From: Pseudomonadota bacterium | GTDB taxonomy: Bacteria; Bdellovibrionota; FAC87; UBA2466 | Length of the DNA: 64,000 nt | Direction of reading: 5' to 3' | NCBI GenBank assembly: GCA_043718025.1 | Contig: JAYSWN010000188.1 | Location: forward strand, 25,094-89,093 | In this document: positions 1-12,211 of the stretch, one piece after another | How positions within the stretch are numbered: position 1 is the first letter of the stretch | How the letters are laid out: each line of letters begins with the position of its first letter | Notes under the pieces: generated by a model | Told to the model about the DNA's origin: nothing | The model's database searches: none | The model's input: only the letters and a program-made list of their open reading frames with translations | Program-made: the position numbers and the translations under genes

Positions 1-13
1 TTCGTCTATACTC

Positions 14-29
14 TGCAACCCAAGTGCCA
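14..29 (-). promoter_or_regulatory. sigma54 (-24/-12) promoter pointing off the left edge of the window
   Basis: The minus strand reads TGGCAC-TTGGG-TTGCA, matching TGGCAC-N5-TTGC. A palindrome GGTGAC-N7-GTCACC at 145-163 lies about 120 bp upstream and may be an activator site. Confidence 0.75.
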
Positions 30-206
30 GAGGCGTGGGTTCAAAGTTCGGCCGCGCACCGCAAGTGGGGGTAAGATTTTTGACGCTTTTAGGGCGAACT
101 GGCGAAGACCAGAAGTGGGTGAATACACCCTGAATGCGCGGTGAGGTGACAAATAACGTCACCAGCCCAGATAGCGTTCTGACGCTTCTCACACGCTGGT
201 GCGACG

Positions 207-719
207 CTATTTTGCGACGATTACCTGAAGCTCAAAAGGTAGGCTCTTGGGAAAGAAGCAGGTCTTTTCATCACAGGCTTGGTAGCGCAACTTTCCCTTC
301 CAAGGAAAACGCGCTAAGGCCACTTTTTGCGGGGTTTTTACCGGTACCTTTATTTCAACCACGCCATCGTAGGTTGAAATCTCGCTGTTCGAACTTTTCA
401 ATCGATAGGGTTTACCCACGGGGTAGATCGGCGGCAGTACCTCTAAGTTGTTGGCGGCGGGCAATTGCAGCGTGGTGGGAATCAATTGCGGCGTACTGGC
501 CGGATTAGCCTGGACGTGAAAACCCGGGGCCACTTTAAATCTTACCATCACCGCCGACTCAGAATGGGGCGAAAGGCGAATCGGGCCTTTGCTTTCCAAC
601 GTAATGTACTCCACCTCTTTTTCCGCGGCGAAAACGTGAAGGCAAAACATTGAAGACGCGGCCACCACGCTAACGCAAAAAAGGCGCCGCAAATTTCCGA
701 GGGTCATGGCAGAGGTCAC
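207..719 (-). CDS. Secreted stand-alone DsbD N-terminal-domain (protein-disulfide reductase-like) protein
   Basis: Signal peptide, FKVAPGFHV, YP..G, and GKLRYQACDEKTCFFP (QAC-x4-C) typical of nDsbD. Overlaps grxD by 4 bp. Confidence 0.75.
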   Translation of the reverse strand: MTSAMTLGNLRRLFCVSVVAASSMFCLHVFAAEKEVEYITLESKGPIRLSPHSESAVMVRFKVAPGFHVQANPASTPQLIPTTLQLPAANNLEVLPPIYPVGKPYRLKSSNSEISTYDGVVEIKVPVKTPQKVALARFPWKGKLRYQACDEKTCFFPKSLPFELQVIVAK

Positions 720-1051
720 TTTCCGGCGGCTGCAGAGATAAGCTTCTCCAGCTCACCACTTTGGTACAAGTCCTTAACAATATCATAGCCTCCCACAAAC
801 TCTCCCTTGATGAAGATTTGGGGAATGGTCGGCCATTGGGTAAATTGCTTCACGCCTTCGCGAATCAACGGATCTTCAAGCACATCATAAGTTTTGAAAG
901 TGGCGCCAAGGTGAGAAAACACCTCCATCACTCCTTTCGAAAACCCGCACATCGGCATGTTTTGCGTGCCCTTTACGTAAAGAACGATGGGGTCTTTGTG
1001 GATGGCGGCTTCGATTTCGGTTTTGATCGTTTCTAAATTGCGTTCGCTCAT
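716..1051 (-). CDS. grxD: Monothiol glutaredoxin (Grx4)
   Basis: KGT..PMCGFS, WPTIPQIFIKGEFVGG; 111 aa; adjacent to bolA. Confidence 0.95.
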   Translation of the reverse strand: MSERNLETIKTEIEAAIHKDPIVLYVKGTQNMPMCGFSKGVMEVFSHLGATFKTYDVLEDPLIREGVKQFTQWPTIPQIFIKGEFVGGYDIVKDLYQSGELEKLISAAAGK

Positions 1052-1290
1052 GGTTTTACCTCATTTGGAGTTTTGGCCTGAATAGAAAGGGCGTGAATTT
1101 CGCCCCCCACGGCTGGTCCGATGGCAGCGTAAATCATCCGATGCCGAGCCACCAGATTCTTGCCCTCAAAGGCAGTTGAGATCACTCTGAGTTCAAAATG
1201 ATCTGCCGTACCCGTGGTATCGCGCACTTCAGCCTGCGCTCCGGGAATGCCCTTTTCTACCAGCCTTTGGATCTCACCTGCATCAAACAT
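1048..1290 (-). CDS. bolA: BolA/IbaG family protein
   Basis: DHFELRVIS.AFEGKNLVARHRMIY...EIHALSIQAKTP; 80 aa; overlaps grxD. Confidence 0.93.
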   Translation of the reverse strand: MFDAGEIQRLVEKGIPGAQAEVRDTTGTADHFELRVISTAFEGKNLVARHRMIYAAIGPAVGGEIHALSIQAKTPNEVKP

Positions 1291-1361
1291 AGGTTAGTGA
1301 TATAGCCGCCTACCCCACGCCGGATCAAGATGTTATCTTACCGATTTTTCGGAGTCTTAAT

Positions 1362-2288
1362 TTGAGAATCGTTTCCCTTATCTCTAGTGCTACCGAAATC
1401 TTATGTGAACTGGGCCTGGCCGACCAACTGGTCGGAATTTCGCACGAATGCGACTACCCAGCTTCTATTCAATCGCTGCCCCGCCTTTCTAGCCCCAGGC
1501 TCGACCCGCGGCGCCCCAGCCACGAGATTCACGACGAAGTTCTAAACAAACTCAAAAAAGGATTAAGCCTTTATGACATTGACGCGCAAAAGCTTACCGA
1601 CTTGAAGCCCGACCTGGTGATCACTCAGGATCAGTGCGAGGTCTGCGCGGTGTCGCTAAAAGATGTCGAAAACGCCTTGTGCGGCTGGACTGGCACCTCC
1701 ACCCGCCTTTTGTCGTTACGCCCCTATACCCTGGCCGAAATCAAAGCGAGCTTTCTGCAGGTGGGCGAGGCGGTCGGACAGGTGCCAGCCGCCCAAGCAC
1801 TACAGGCCAGATTCCAGGCAAAACTGGACGGGGTGGCGGCCGCGGTAAAACCGGCCACTGCGTACCCACGAGTGTTAAATCTCGAATGGCTAAACCCGCC
1901 CATCGTCGGCGGTGGTTGGATTCCGGAGCTCGTAAGAATTGCGGGCGGAGTGCCACTAATCGTGAGCGAGCCTGGCCATTTCGTAAAAGCCGAATGGAGT
2001 GAGCTTGAAGCGGTCAATCCCGAAATCATCACCATTTACCCCTGCGGATTCGATGTGGCTCGCACGCTTGAAGAAATGAAAATGCCGCTAGTGATAGAAA
2101 AATTGCTGCGTTTCACGGCGGTGCGAGAAGGCAAAACTTACGTGTGCGATGGCAACGCGTACTTCAACCGGTCGGGGCCGCGCATCGCCGACAGTGCCGA
2201 GCTATTAGCTGGCCTTTTTCATCAGGAATTAGGTTCGGCTTACCGAGCAAAGCACGCCGCCTTTTTCAAAACGTGGGTTATCGCGTGA
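1362..2288 (+). CDS. BtuF-like/cobalamin-binding-family substrate-binding protein with no signal peptide
   Basis: RIVSLISSATEIL..LG...LVGISHECDYP, PDLVITQDQCEVCAV, YFNRSGPRI. TTG start with a GGAG SD. Confidence 0.8.
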   Translation: MRIVSLISSATEILCELGLADQLVGISHECDYPASIQSLPRLSSPRLDPRRPSHEIHDEVLNKLKKGLSLYDIDAQKLTDLKPDLVITQDQCEVCAVSLKDVENALCGWTGTSTRLLSLRPYTLAEIKASFLQVGEAVGQVPAAQALQARFQAKLDGVAAAVKPATAYPRVLNLEWLNPPIVGGGWIPELVRIAGGVPLIVSEPGHFVKAEWSELEAVNPEIITIYPCGFDVARTLEEMKMPLVIEKLLRFTAVREGKTYVCDGNAYFNRSGPRIADSAELLAGLFHQELGSAYRAKHAAFFKTWVIA

Positions 2289-2317
2289 GAGCCAAAAGGG
2301 GAGCAGCTTAAATTGCA

Positions 2318-2350
2318 CCCGCCACCTTTTCAGCTGAAAAGTGGATGGGC
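2318..2350. terminator. Hairpin between convergent genes
   Basis: Perfect 16-bp palindrome CTTTTCAGCTGAAAAG (2326-2341), extended by CCAC/GTGG, between stops at 2288(+) and 2356(-). Confidence 0.5.
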
Positions 2351-2355
2351 ACCTT

Positions 2356-5696
<3,341 letters not shown>

Positions 5697-5700
<4 letters not shown>

Positions 5701-7166
5701 ACCACCCCTTCCGACCAGCGCGGAAGCGAAAAACTTCCTCGGGCCGACTCGAAAGCACGCGCCAACTGAAAGAGCGTATTCTCATCAAAGTGTTTACCAA
5801 TAAACTGCAAGCCTACCGGCAAGCCTTGGGAGTCTTTTCCGCAAGGTACCGAAAGGCCCGGTAGACCGGCCAGATTTACCGGCAGAGTGTAAATGTCGGA
5901 TAGATACATCGTGAGCGGATCATCGGTCTTTTCACCGAGTTTGAAAGCAGTAGACGGCGAGGTTGGCGCGACGATGCACTGTACCGTTTTATAAGCGTCC
6001 AAAAAATCCATCTGAATTTGGCGGCGAACACGATTTGCCTTGAGGTAAAAAGCGTCATAATAGCCTGCCGACAGCGCGTAGGTGCCAAGCATAATACGCA
6101 GTTTCACCTCACGGCCAAAACCTTTGCCCCGCGACTTGGCGTATATGGCGTCGGGCGAATCAAGATCGCCACTACGAAATCCATAGTGCACGCCATCGAA
6201 ACGGGCCAAGTTGCTGCTCGCCTCGCTGGTCGCAAGTAAGTAATAGACCGACAGCGAGTACTTAGCGTGCGGTAGCTTAATGTCGACCAGCTTGGCGCCT
6301 TCGGCTTTCAGTAACTCTAACGAAGCCTCAAATGATTTTCTAACGTCGCCATCGAGCCCTTCGACCCAATCACGGGGCACGCCAAGCACGGCGCCCTTTA
6401 ACGAAGCACGTTGCAAGGTTTCGGTGTATTTAGGAACCAGGTTACGGGCGCTGGTAGCGTCTCTTCCATCGTATCCGGCCATCACTTCAGTAACCCGAGC
6501 GGCATCCCAAATGTTTTTCGCAAAGGGGCCAACTTGGTCGAGCGAACTGGCAAAGGCCACCACACCATAACGACTCACCCGCCCATACGTTGGTTTTACG
6601 CCAACCACGCCGCAGAGGGCGGCGGGTTGACGGATACTTCCGCCGGTATCGCTGCCCAACGAAAACGGGCAGAGCGAAGCCGAAACGGCGGCCGCCGAGC
6701 CGCCGCTACTTCCGCCCGGAACGCGATTGTGATCAAACGGATTTTTTACCGGACCGAAGGCGCTGTTCTCATTCGACGATCCCATGGCAAATTCATCAAG
6801 GTTAGTTTTGCCGATGCAAATCGCGCCGGCCGCTTCCAGCCGTTCGACTACGGTTGCGGTGTACGGGGCAACGTAATCGCCTAAAATTTTTGAGCCGGCC
6901 GTCATTCGCCAGCCCTTCACCAAAAAATTATCTTTCACGCCAAAAGGCACGCCGAAGAGTGGCAGTTTTTCAACTTCGCCCATTCTTTCGTCGAGTTCTT
7001 TAGCGCGGCGAAGTGATTCGGCCTCGTTGACGTGCAAAAAGGCGTTGAGCGAAGGGTTGCGCCGCTTGATTTCGGCCAAGTACTTCGCCACCACTTCAGA
7101 GGGTTTAAATTGTTTTTTTTGATACCCCTCGAGCAGATCGAGAATCAAAAATTTATCTAGTTCCAT
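5697..7166 (-). CDS. gatA: Asp/Glu-tRNA amidotransferase subunit A
   Basis: Amidase signature GGSSGGSAAAV and GSDTGGSIRQPA, plus RIMLGTYALSAGYYDAFY. Confidence 0.98.
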
Positions 7167-7168
7167 AA

Positions 7169-7459
7169 TTAATCACCTTCAAGAACGGCAGGCAGACGAA
7201 AGCTGTTTTCTTCAGAGTCGGGGGCATTTTTTAATAGCCCCGCAATGTTGGCGAAGTGCACCACTTTATCTTCACGCACCGAAACGGCGTCTTTGGGGAC
7301 GTGGCGCACAAATTCATTGGTATCGCCGCCAACCGAATCCAGCTCTTTAACGTACTCAAGAACGCGAGTGAGGCGGGTCTGAAAGAATTCTACCTCGGCC
7401 GACGTTAACTCCAGACGGGCTAAACGGCCGATCTTTAATACTTCTTCTTTGGTTAACAT
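7169..7459 (-). CDS. gatC: Asp/Glu-tRNA amidotransferase subunit C (start revised to ATG 7459)
   Basis: MLTKEEVLKIGRLARLEL...REDKV...LKNAP...FRLPAV; 96 aa; directly upstream of gatA. Confidence 0.92.
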   Translation of the reverse strand: MLTKEEVLKIGRLARLELTSAEVEFFQTRLTRVLEYVKELDSVGGDTNEFVRHVPKDAVSVREDKVVHFANIAGLLKNAPDSEENSFRLPAVLEGD

Positions 7460-7532
7460 GGGCGCCAAGATACCCGTGCTCACCCCACCGCGCAACTTGG
7501 GTTTCGGCCGCCGAGGCCCTATAATAGCCAAC

Positions 7533-8192
7533 ATGCGATACCGTAACCCCACTTTTGCCCAGTCGATAAAACTGGTAGCCCTATTTTTCGCGGTTTTCAG
7601 CGGCTTTACCGCCTGCAAAATAGGTTCAAAAGACCTTCAGCTTGACCCAGAACTTAAAAGATCGATTTTCCCCATCGCCGATGGCTGGACTTGGACCTAC
7701 AACCTAATCACCTTCGGCAACTCAACTTTTGGCGTGCCCTGTCAACCCGGCACCCGAACCCAATCGATGTCGGCCACGGCCACCATTCAAGGCAAAACCG
7801 CGGTGTGGTTGCCCCTGCTCTGTGCCTCCACCCCCACCAATGCGGCCTACTCGGTAACCGGCGATCAGGTCTGGAAATGGACCGGCACAGAGTGGATCTC
7901 TTACCTGGATGCCCCGCTCACCGAAGGGCGAAGTTTTATTTCGGGCACCCGGGCCTACACTTGGTACCGCCCTTACAACGTTACCGTTCCCGCCGGAACC
8001 TTTAACGACTGCTGGACCAAAAAAGACAACCGCAGCGACAGCTTTGAAACCTTTTGTCGCGGAGTAGGATTGGTAATTAGCCACAACGCCGATGCCGCCC
8101 CAAACGGCTGGCGCGCCACTTTAGAGAGAACTTTTGGTCCTACCGTTCGCCAGAGTGGCGATGAGAACGATGGCTTCGACGAACTGCCTTAG
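7533..8192 (+). CDS. Hypothetical lipoprotein, beta-rich (start revised to ATG 7533)
   Basis: Hydrophobic segment ending FTA-C (lipobox-like); FPIADGWTWTY and VTVPAGTFNDC...GVGLV motifs; TATAAT 7 nt before the ATG. Confidence 0.7.
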   Translation: MRYRNPTFAQSIKLVALFFAVFSGFTACKIGSKDLQLDPELKRSIFPIADGWTWTYNLITFGNSTFGVPCQPGTRTQSMSATATIQGKTAVWLPLLCASTPTNAAYSVTGDQVWKWTGTEWISYLDAPLTEGRSFISGTRAYTWYRPYNVTVPAGTFNDCWTKKDNRSDSFETFCRGVGLVISHNADAAPNGWRATLERTFGPTVRQSGDENDGFDELP

Positions 8193-8197
8193 GCAGT

Positions 8198-9106
8198 TCA
8201 CCACCAGTCGCCATATTGTAAATCTACGAAGCGGGTTGAATTGGGGTACTTTAGACTCCACGCCATGGGTACCGAAGCTCCGGGTGACGGCTCGTCACTC
8301 AGTTTCCAGGTAAAGAATTTTTTAATTCCCGTGGCGTGCGAAACCAGCTGCGCCGCCCGGCGAGCCGCTCCTACGTCAGTAGCAAACAGAATTTTAATTT
8401 CGCCCTTAGCAAAATCAGGCACCACGATCGCAAATTCGTCACCCACTTGGTAGCAGACTTCGGGCATCGGTTTGCTTTTCAGCTCGGCAAAGAAACCAAA
8501 CTTCAATAACTCCCAATCCACCCATTGCGGGTCGGGCAGTAGTGCCAAGCCAGGGCCACCACTTTGAACCAAATCGGTACGCCACTGGCGAATCACCCTT
8601 ACGGCCTCTTCCATGGGCACCGCTTCGGGTTCGACCAGCCGCGCTTCAGTCGACTCGTAGGTGGGAATGATTTCGGTGATTTCGGCCACGGGTGTCGCGA
8701 AAAAATTAAACCGCTCGTAAAACTTTGGGGGGATGTCGGAGTACAGACACCACGATTTGTCGGCCTGGGTTTCGAAAAGTTCTTTTAACATTTTCGAAGC
8801 GTGCCCTTGCCCCCGTCGTTCTTTTGGCGTGAATACCGAAGCCAGCAACAACCCGCGCTCTTCGGCGTAGCCACCTTTATCGTCCTGGGTAGCAAAATCT
8901 ATATCGAGGGTGTCGCAAGAGGACAAGATGGCCCCCGTGCCGTCTAAATAAACGTGGGTCTCAATGCGCGACTGGCCGAAGGGGTGATCGTAAAGCATTT
9001 CATTTCTTTTCACGAACTGATCGCCCGATAGGCCCTCGGCCCAGGCCTCGGCACGAAGAGTAGCTAGTTGAGTACGGTGTTTGGAGCTTCCGGTAGTTAA
9101 AAACAT
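8198..9106 (-). CDS. GNAT-family N-acetyltransferase
   Basis: Acetyl-CoA motif A LASVFTPKERRGQGHAS, plus LYSDI and FYERF. Start overlaps the uvrD stop (TGATG). Confidence 0.8.
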   Translation of the reverse strand: MFLTTGSSKHRTQLATLRAEAWAEGLSGDQFVKRNEMLYDHPFGQSRIETHVYLDGTGAILSSCDTLDIDFATQDDKGGYAEERGLLLASVFTPKERRGQGHASKMLKELFETQADKSWCLYSDIPPKFYERFNFFATPVAEITEIIPTYESTEARLVEPEAVPMEEAVRVIRQWRTDLVQSGGPGLALLPDPQWVDWELLKFGFFAELKSKPMPEVCYQVGDEFAIVVPDFAKGEIKILFATDVGAARRAAQLVSHATGIKKFFTWKLSDEPSPGASVPMAWSLKYPNSTRFVDLQYGDWW

Positions 9107-11391
9107 CAGCCCTTGGGTAGCATTTGTGCGAAGCGGAGAGAAATCTTTTTTAAGCCTCGGCCGACAAAATTTACGATTACTTTGTCTTTTCCCAAATGCC
9201 CCTGAATCACCCCTTCGCCAAAAATGGGGTGCATCACTCGCTCGCCTTTGCGTAAACCACCGTCTTCGCTAAAAGAGGCTTCACGAAGGTCGTCGACGCC
9301 GCCACTTCCGTATACCTGGCTAAAATCGTCTTCGAAGGCGCCGGGCGTGTCAAAATCGTCGTGGGCCTGCGGTAAGGCCTTTCGCTCGGTAAAGCCACGC
9401 CGCCGGCCAAAGTAGTCGGCTTTCTGTGCCGCCACGTAGTTGGCCGGTATCTCTTCTAAAAAACGGCTCATCACCCGAAATTGCGGGTTACCAAACACCA
9501 CCCGGTTTTTTGCGAAGAACAGACCCAAAGTTTTCTTGGCGCGAGTCATGCCCACGTAGAAGAGACGACGTTCTTCCTCAATATCACTCGGGTCAACTGG
9601 CTCCCACGAGCGAATGTTGGGAAAAAGCTCCTCCTCGAGCCCCACGATAAAGACGTGCTCGAACTCAAGGCCCTTGGCCATGTGAATGGTCATCATCTTC
9701 AACGAGGGCGAATCAGGATCAAAACGGTCAAAGTCAGAGACCAGGGCCACCTCTTCCAAAAAACCCTGTAGTGAAAGGGGGGAGTTGGGAGATTCTGCCC
9801 CTTTTCGAAGTTCGTACTCAACAATGCTCTGGCGCAATTCGGCCAAGTTTTCTAAACGCGCCTGCGACTCCACCGTGGCTTCATCGACCAGCGACTTACG
9901 GTAACCTGAATCTTCCAACACTTGATTGATCAGATCAGAAGGCAAAAGCTCGGTGGTAGCCCGCTGCAGTCGTTTCATAAGCTCGTAAAACTTTTGAAAC
10001 GATTTCATCGCCCGACCCAGCTCCGAGCTTGAGCACACCGGCGAATCCCCAAAGTAACTCTCTAAGGTCTGGTAGCACGACTGCCCCAGCCCACGCGCCT
10101 TAGCGGTAAAGCGCTCCATCGATACCGCGCCAATGCCTCGGCCGGGCACGTTGATAATGCGGCGAAAGCTAACATCATCGGAAGGGTTATTGAGCAGCTT
10201 CAAATAGGCCAAGCTGTCTTTGACCTCGAGCCGATCATAAAACTTTAAGCCACCGTAGATCTGATAGTTGACCCCTTTGGCCCGCAAAAAGTCTTCGAGC
10301 ACGCGCGATTGGGCATTGGTACGATAGAAAATAGCCAGTTCGTTGAGCGAGGCGCCATTCGACACGGTGGCGCCCACTTTGCTCATCACCTTCTGCGCTT
10401 CATCGTGCTCGTCGTAGCACTCTTGCACATCAATTTTTTCGCCCTCTTCATTGTTGGTGAAGAGTTTTTTATCGCGCCGTTCGGTGTTGTGCGAAATAAC
10501 GTGACTTGCCGCCTCGATAATATTTTGGGTCGAACGGTAATTCTCTTCTAATTTAAAAATCGCGGCATTCGGATAATCTTTTTCAAAGCTCAAAATATTT
10601 TGAATATCAGCGCCGCGCCAACCGTAAATAGACTGATCTTCGTCACCCACGGCGCACAGATTAGCGTGCGGGCCCGCCATCAATTTCATCAACCGGTATT
10701 GGCAATGGTTGGTGTCTTGGTACTCATCGATAAAAAGATAGGGCAGCCGCTCTTGATACGCCGCCAGCACCTGGGGCTTAGTAGCAAAGAGAGTGACGGT
10801 CTTTAAAATAAGATCCGAAAAGTCTAGCGCCGCCGAAAGTTTAAGCACCTGTGCGTAGCGGGCAAAGGCTTGGGCGAATGCCTCTTCGAAAGGGCCGCCG
10901 TAATTGGGTTTGAAAGTGTCGGCGTCAATGCCTTCGTTTTTCAATTTATTGATGCGGCTCTGAAACGCCTTTGGCGAATAGGCACTTTCGTTGAGGTTGA
11001 GTTCTTTCAGCACCGCCTTCACCACCGAGAGCTGATCGGAATCATCGTAAATAGTAAACTGGTTCGGATAGCCCAGGTGCTGAATTTCCGATCGCAAAAT
11101 TCGTACGCAAGCCGAATGAAATGTGCTTACCCACATTTCGGCGCGTGGACGAGTGTCGGTCTGGGCCAGCAGTTTCCCCACGCGGGCCCTTAGCTCAGCC
11201 GCCGCTTTGTTGGTAAAGGTGACCGCAAAAATTTCGCTTGAGTCAATTCCCAGATCGGAGATGAGATGGGCAATACGGTGAGTGATAACCCGCGTTTTAC
11301 CGGAACCGGCGCCGGCCAAAATAAGGATGGGCCCCGCGCCATAAGAGACGGCGGCCCGCTGACTGTCATTTAATCCGGCAAGAAGATCCAT
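9106..11391 (-). CDS. uvrD: UvrD/PcrA ATP-dependent DNA helicase (start revised to ATG 11391)
   Basis: LAGAGSGKT, TFTNKAA, IDEYQDTN, VGDEDQSIYGWRGA, LEENYRST, MTIHMAKGLEF, EERRLFYVGMTRA, and a C-terminal Tudor-like HPIFGEG. Confidence 0.95.
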   Translation of the reverse strand: MDLLAGLNDSQRAAVSYGAGPILILAGAGSGKTRVITHRIAHLISDLGIDSSEIFAVTFTNKAAAELRARVGKLLAQTDTRPRAEMWVSTFHSACVRILRSEIQHLGYPNQFTIYDDSDQLSVVKAVLKELNLNESAYSPKAFQSRINKLKNEGIDADTFKPNYGGPFEEAFAQAFARYAQVLKLSAALDFSDLILKTVTLFATKPQVLAAYQERLPYLFIDEYQDTNHCQYRLMKLMAGPHANLCAVGDEDQSIYGWRGADIQNILSFEKDYPNAAIFKLEENYRSTQNIIEAASHVISHNTERRDKKLFTNNEEGEKIDVQECYDEHDEAQKVMSKVGATVSNGASLNELAIFYRTNAQSRVLEDFLRAKGVNYQIYGGLKFYDRLEVKDSLAYLKLLNNPSDDVSFRRIINVPGRGIGAVSMERFTAKARGLGQSCYQTLESYFGDSPVCSSSELGRAMKSFQKFYELMKRLQRATTELLPSDLINQVLEDSGYRKSLVDEATVESQARLENLAELRQSIVEYELRKGAESPNSPLSLQGFLEEVALVSDFDRFDPDSPSLKMMTIHMAKGLEFEHVFIVGLEEELFPNIRSWEPVDPSDIEEERRLFYVGMTRAKKTLGLFFAKNRVVFGNPQFRVMSRFLEEIPANYVAAQKADYFGRRRGFTERKALPQAHDDFDTPGAFEDDFSQVYGSGGVDDLREASFSEDGGLRKGERVMHPIFGEGVIQGHLGKDKVIVNFVGRGLKKISLRFAQMLPKG

Positions 11392-11512
11392 TGACCGAGA
11401 TTTATCCAATGAATCCGAGCATAGAGCAAGCCTAGTAACCCAGAACAAAATAAGGGAGGGGCGCTCCCAACCCAAAACGCACGCCCCCCCCCTTTAAACC
11501 GAAACCGTTTAA

Positions 11513-11944
11513 TTAAAACGTTTCTGGTTTCCCCTTTAGATACCGGGTGCAAGTAAGCCCGTGGCCCACTTCCCCTTCTTCCCCCAAGAAACTTAAATAC
11601 CCGCCCACGGTCTTTAGCCCGCGTTTTTCATCAACGCCCTCTTTGAATTTGACCGTAAGTGACACCCGATCAGAATGGGTTTCAGCATTTCCGAAAACCG
11701 AATAAAGCGTGCTCGTAGAAAAACTGGTCTTTGCAATTTCTGAGTCGTAACGCACTAACAAAGTACCCCGATCTACGGAGCTTAAAACGAACGTAGCCGG
11801 ATTGCGGGTGCCTTTGCTCGGGTTAATGTGGTGGTACAACTGTACCCGGTAGCCATCCACTGAATCGCAAATAAACCCACTGGCAAAACTGGGCCGCGCT
11901 AAAACCGCGCACAAGACGAGAGAGACGAACAAGAGACTTTTCAT
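11513..11944 (-). CDS. Hypothetical secreted protein
   Basis: Signal peptide MKSLLFVSLVLCAVLARPSFA; one Cys near each end of the mature chain; GGAAGG SD. Confidence 0.7.
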   Translation of the reverse strand: MKSLLFVSLVLCAVLARPSFASGFICDSVDGYRVQLYHHINPSKGTRNPATFVLSSVDRGTLLVRYDSEIAKTSFSTSTLYSVFGNAETHSDRVSLTVKFKEGVDEKRGLKTVGGYLSFLGEEGEVGHGLTCTRYLKGKPETF

Positions 11945-12116
11945 GAGTTACCCTTCCAATTGGAAAATTCGAAGCCCAACGCCTCGGTAAACCGTTTTAC
12001 AGTTTAGGAATCCGCCGCTTGGCTTTGAGCCAGGGCGAAAGGGGCGCCGAAGAATTCGTTGGTGCTTTCAAGCACCGCGGTAAGACAGGCCCCTAACTCT
12101 TCTTAGGTAGAGATCA

Positions 12117-12144
12117 GATTTAGCACCGCAAAATTACGCGTCAA
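12117..12144 (-). promoter_or_regulatory. Candidate sigma70 promoter for the 11944 gene (about 170-nt leader)
   Basis: TTGACG-N16-TAAATC with a TG extension (TGC-TAAATC). Confidence 0.45.
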
Positions 12145-12211
12145 CCGTTTATCGACGACATAGCGCGTTACTATCGCCCGTTTGCGAAGGATAGTGTAAA
12201 TTTTATTCCTC

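Noticed and set aside
7460-7618. N-terminal extensions in the ORF track (gatC; likewise uvrD, top6B, lon, clpP, ftsK, Rieske and the 55220 ORF)
   Set aside because: Family similarity and SD or -10 signals start at internal codons, and the extensions overlap neighbouring genes or promoters.
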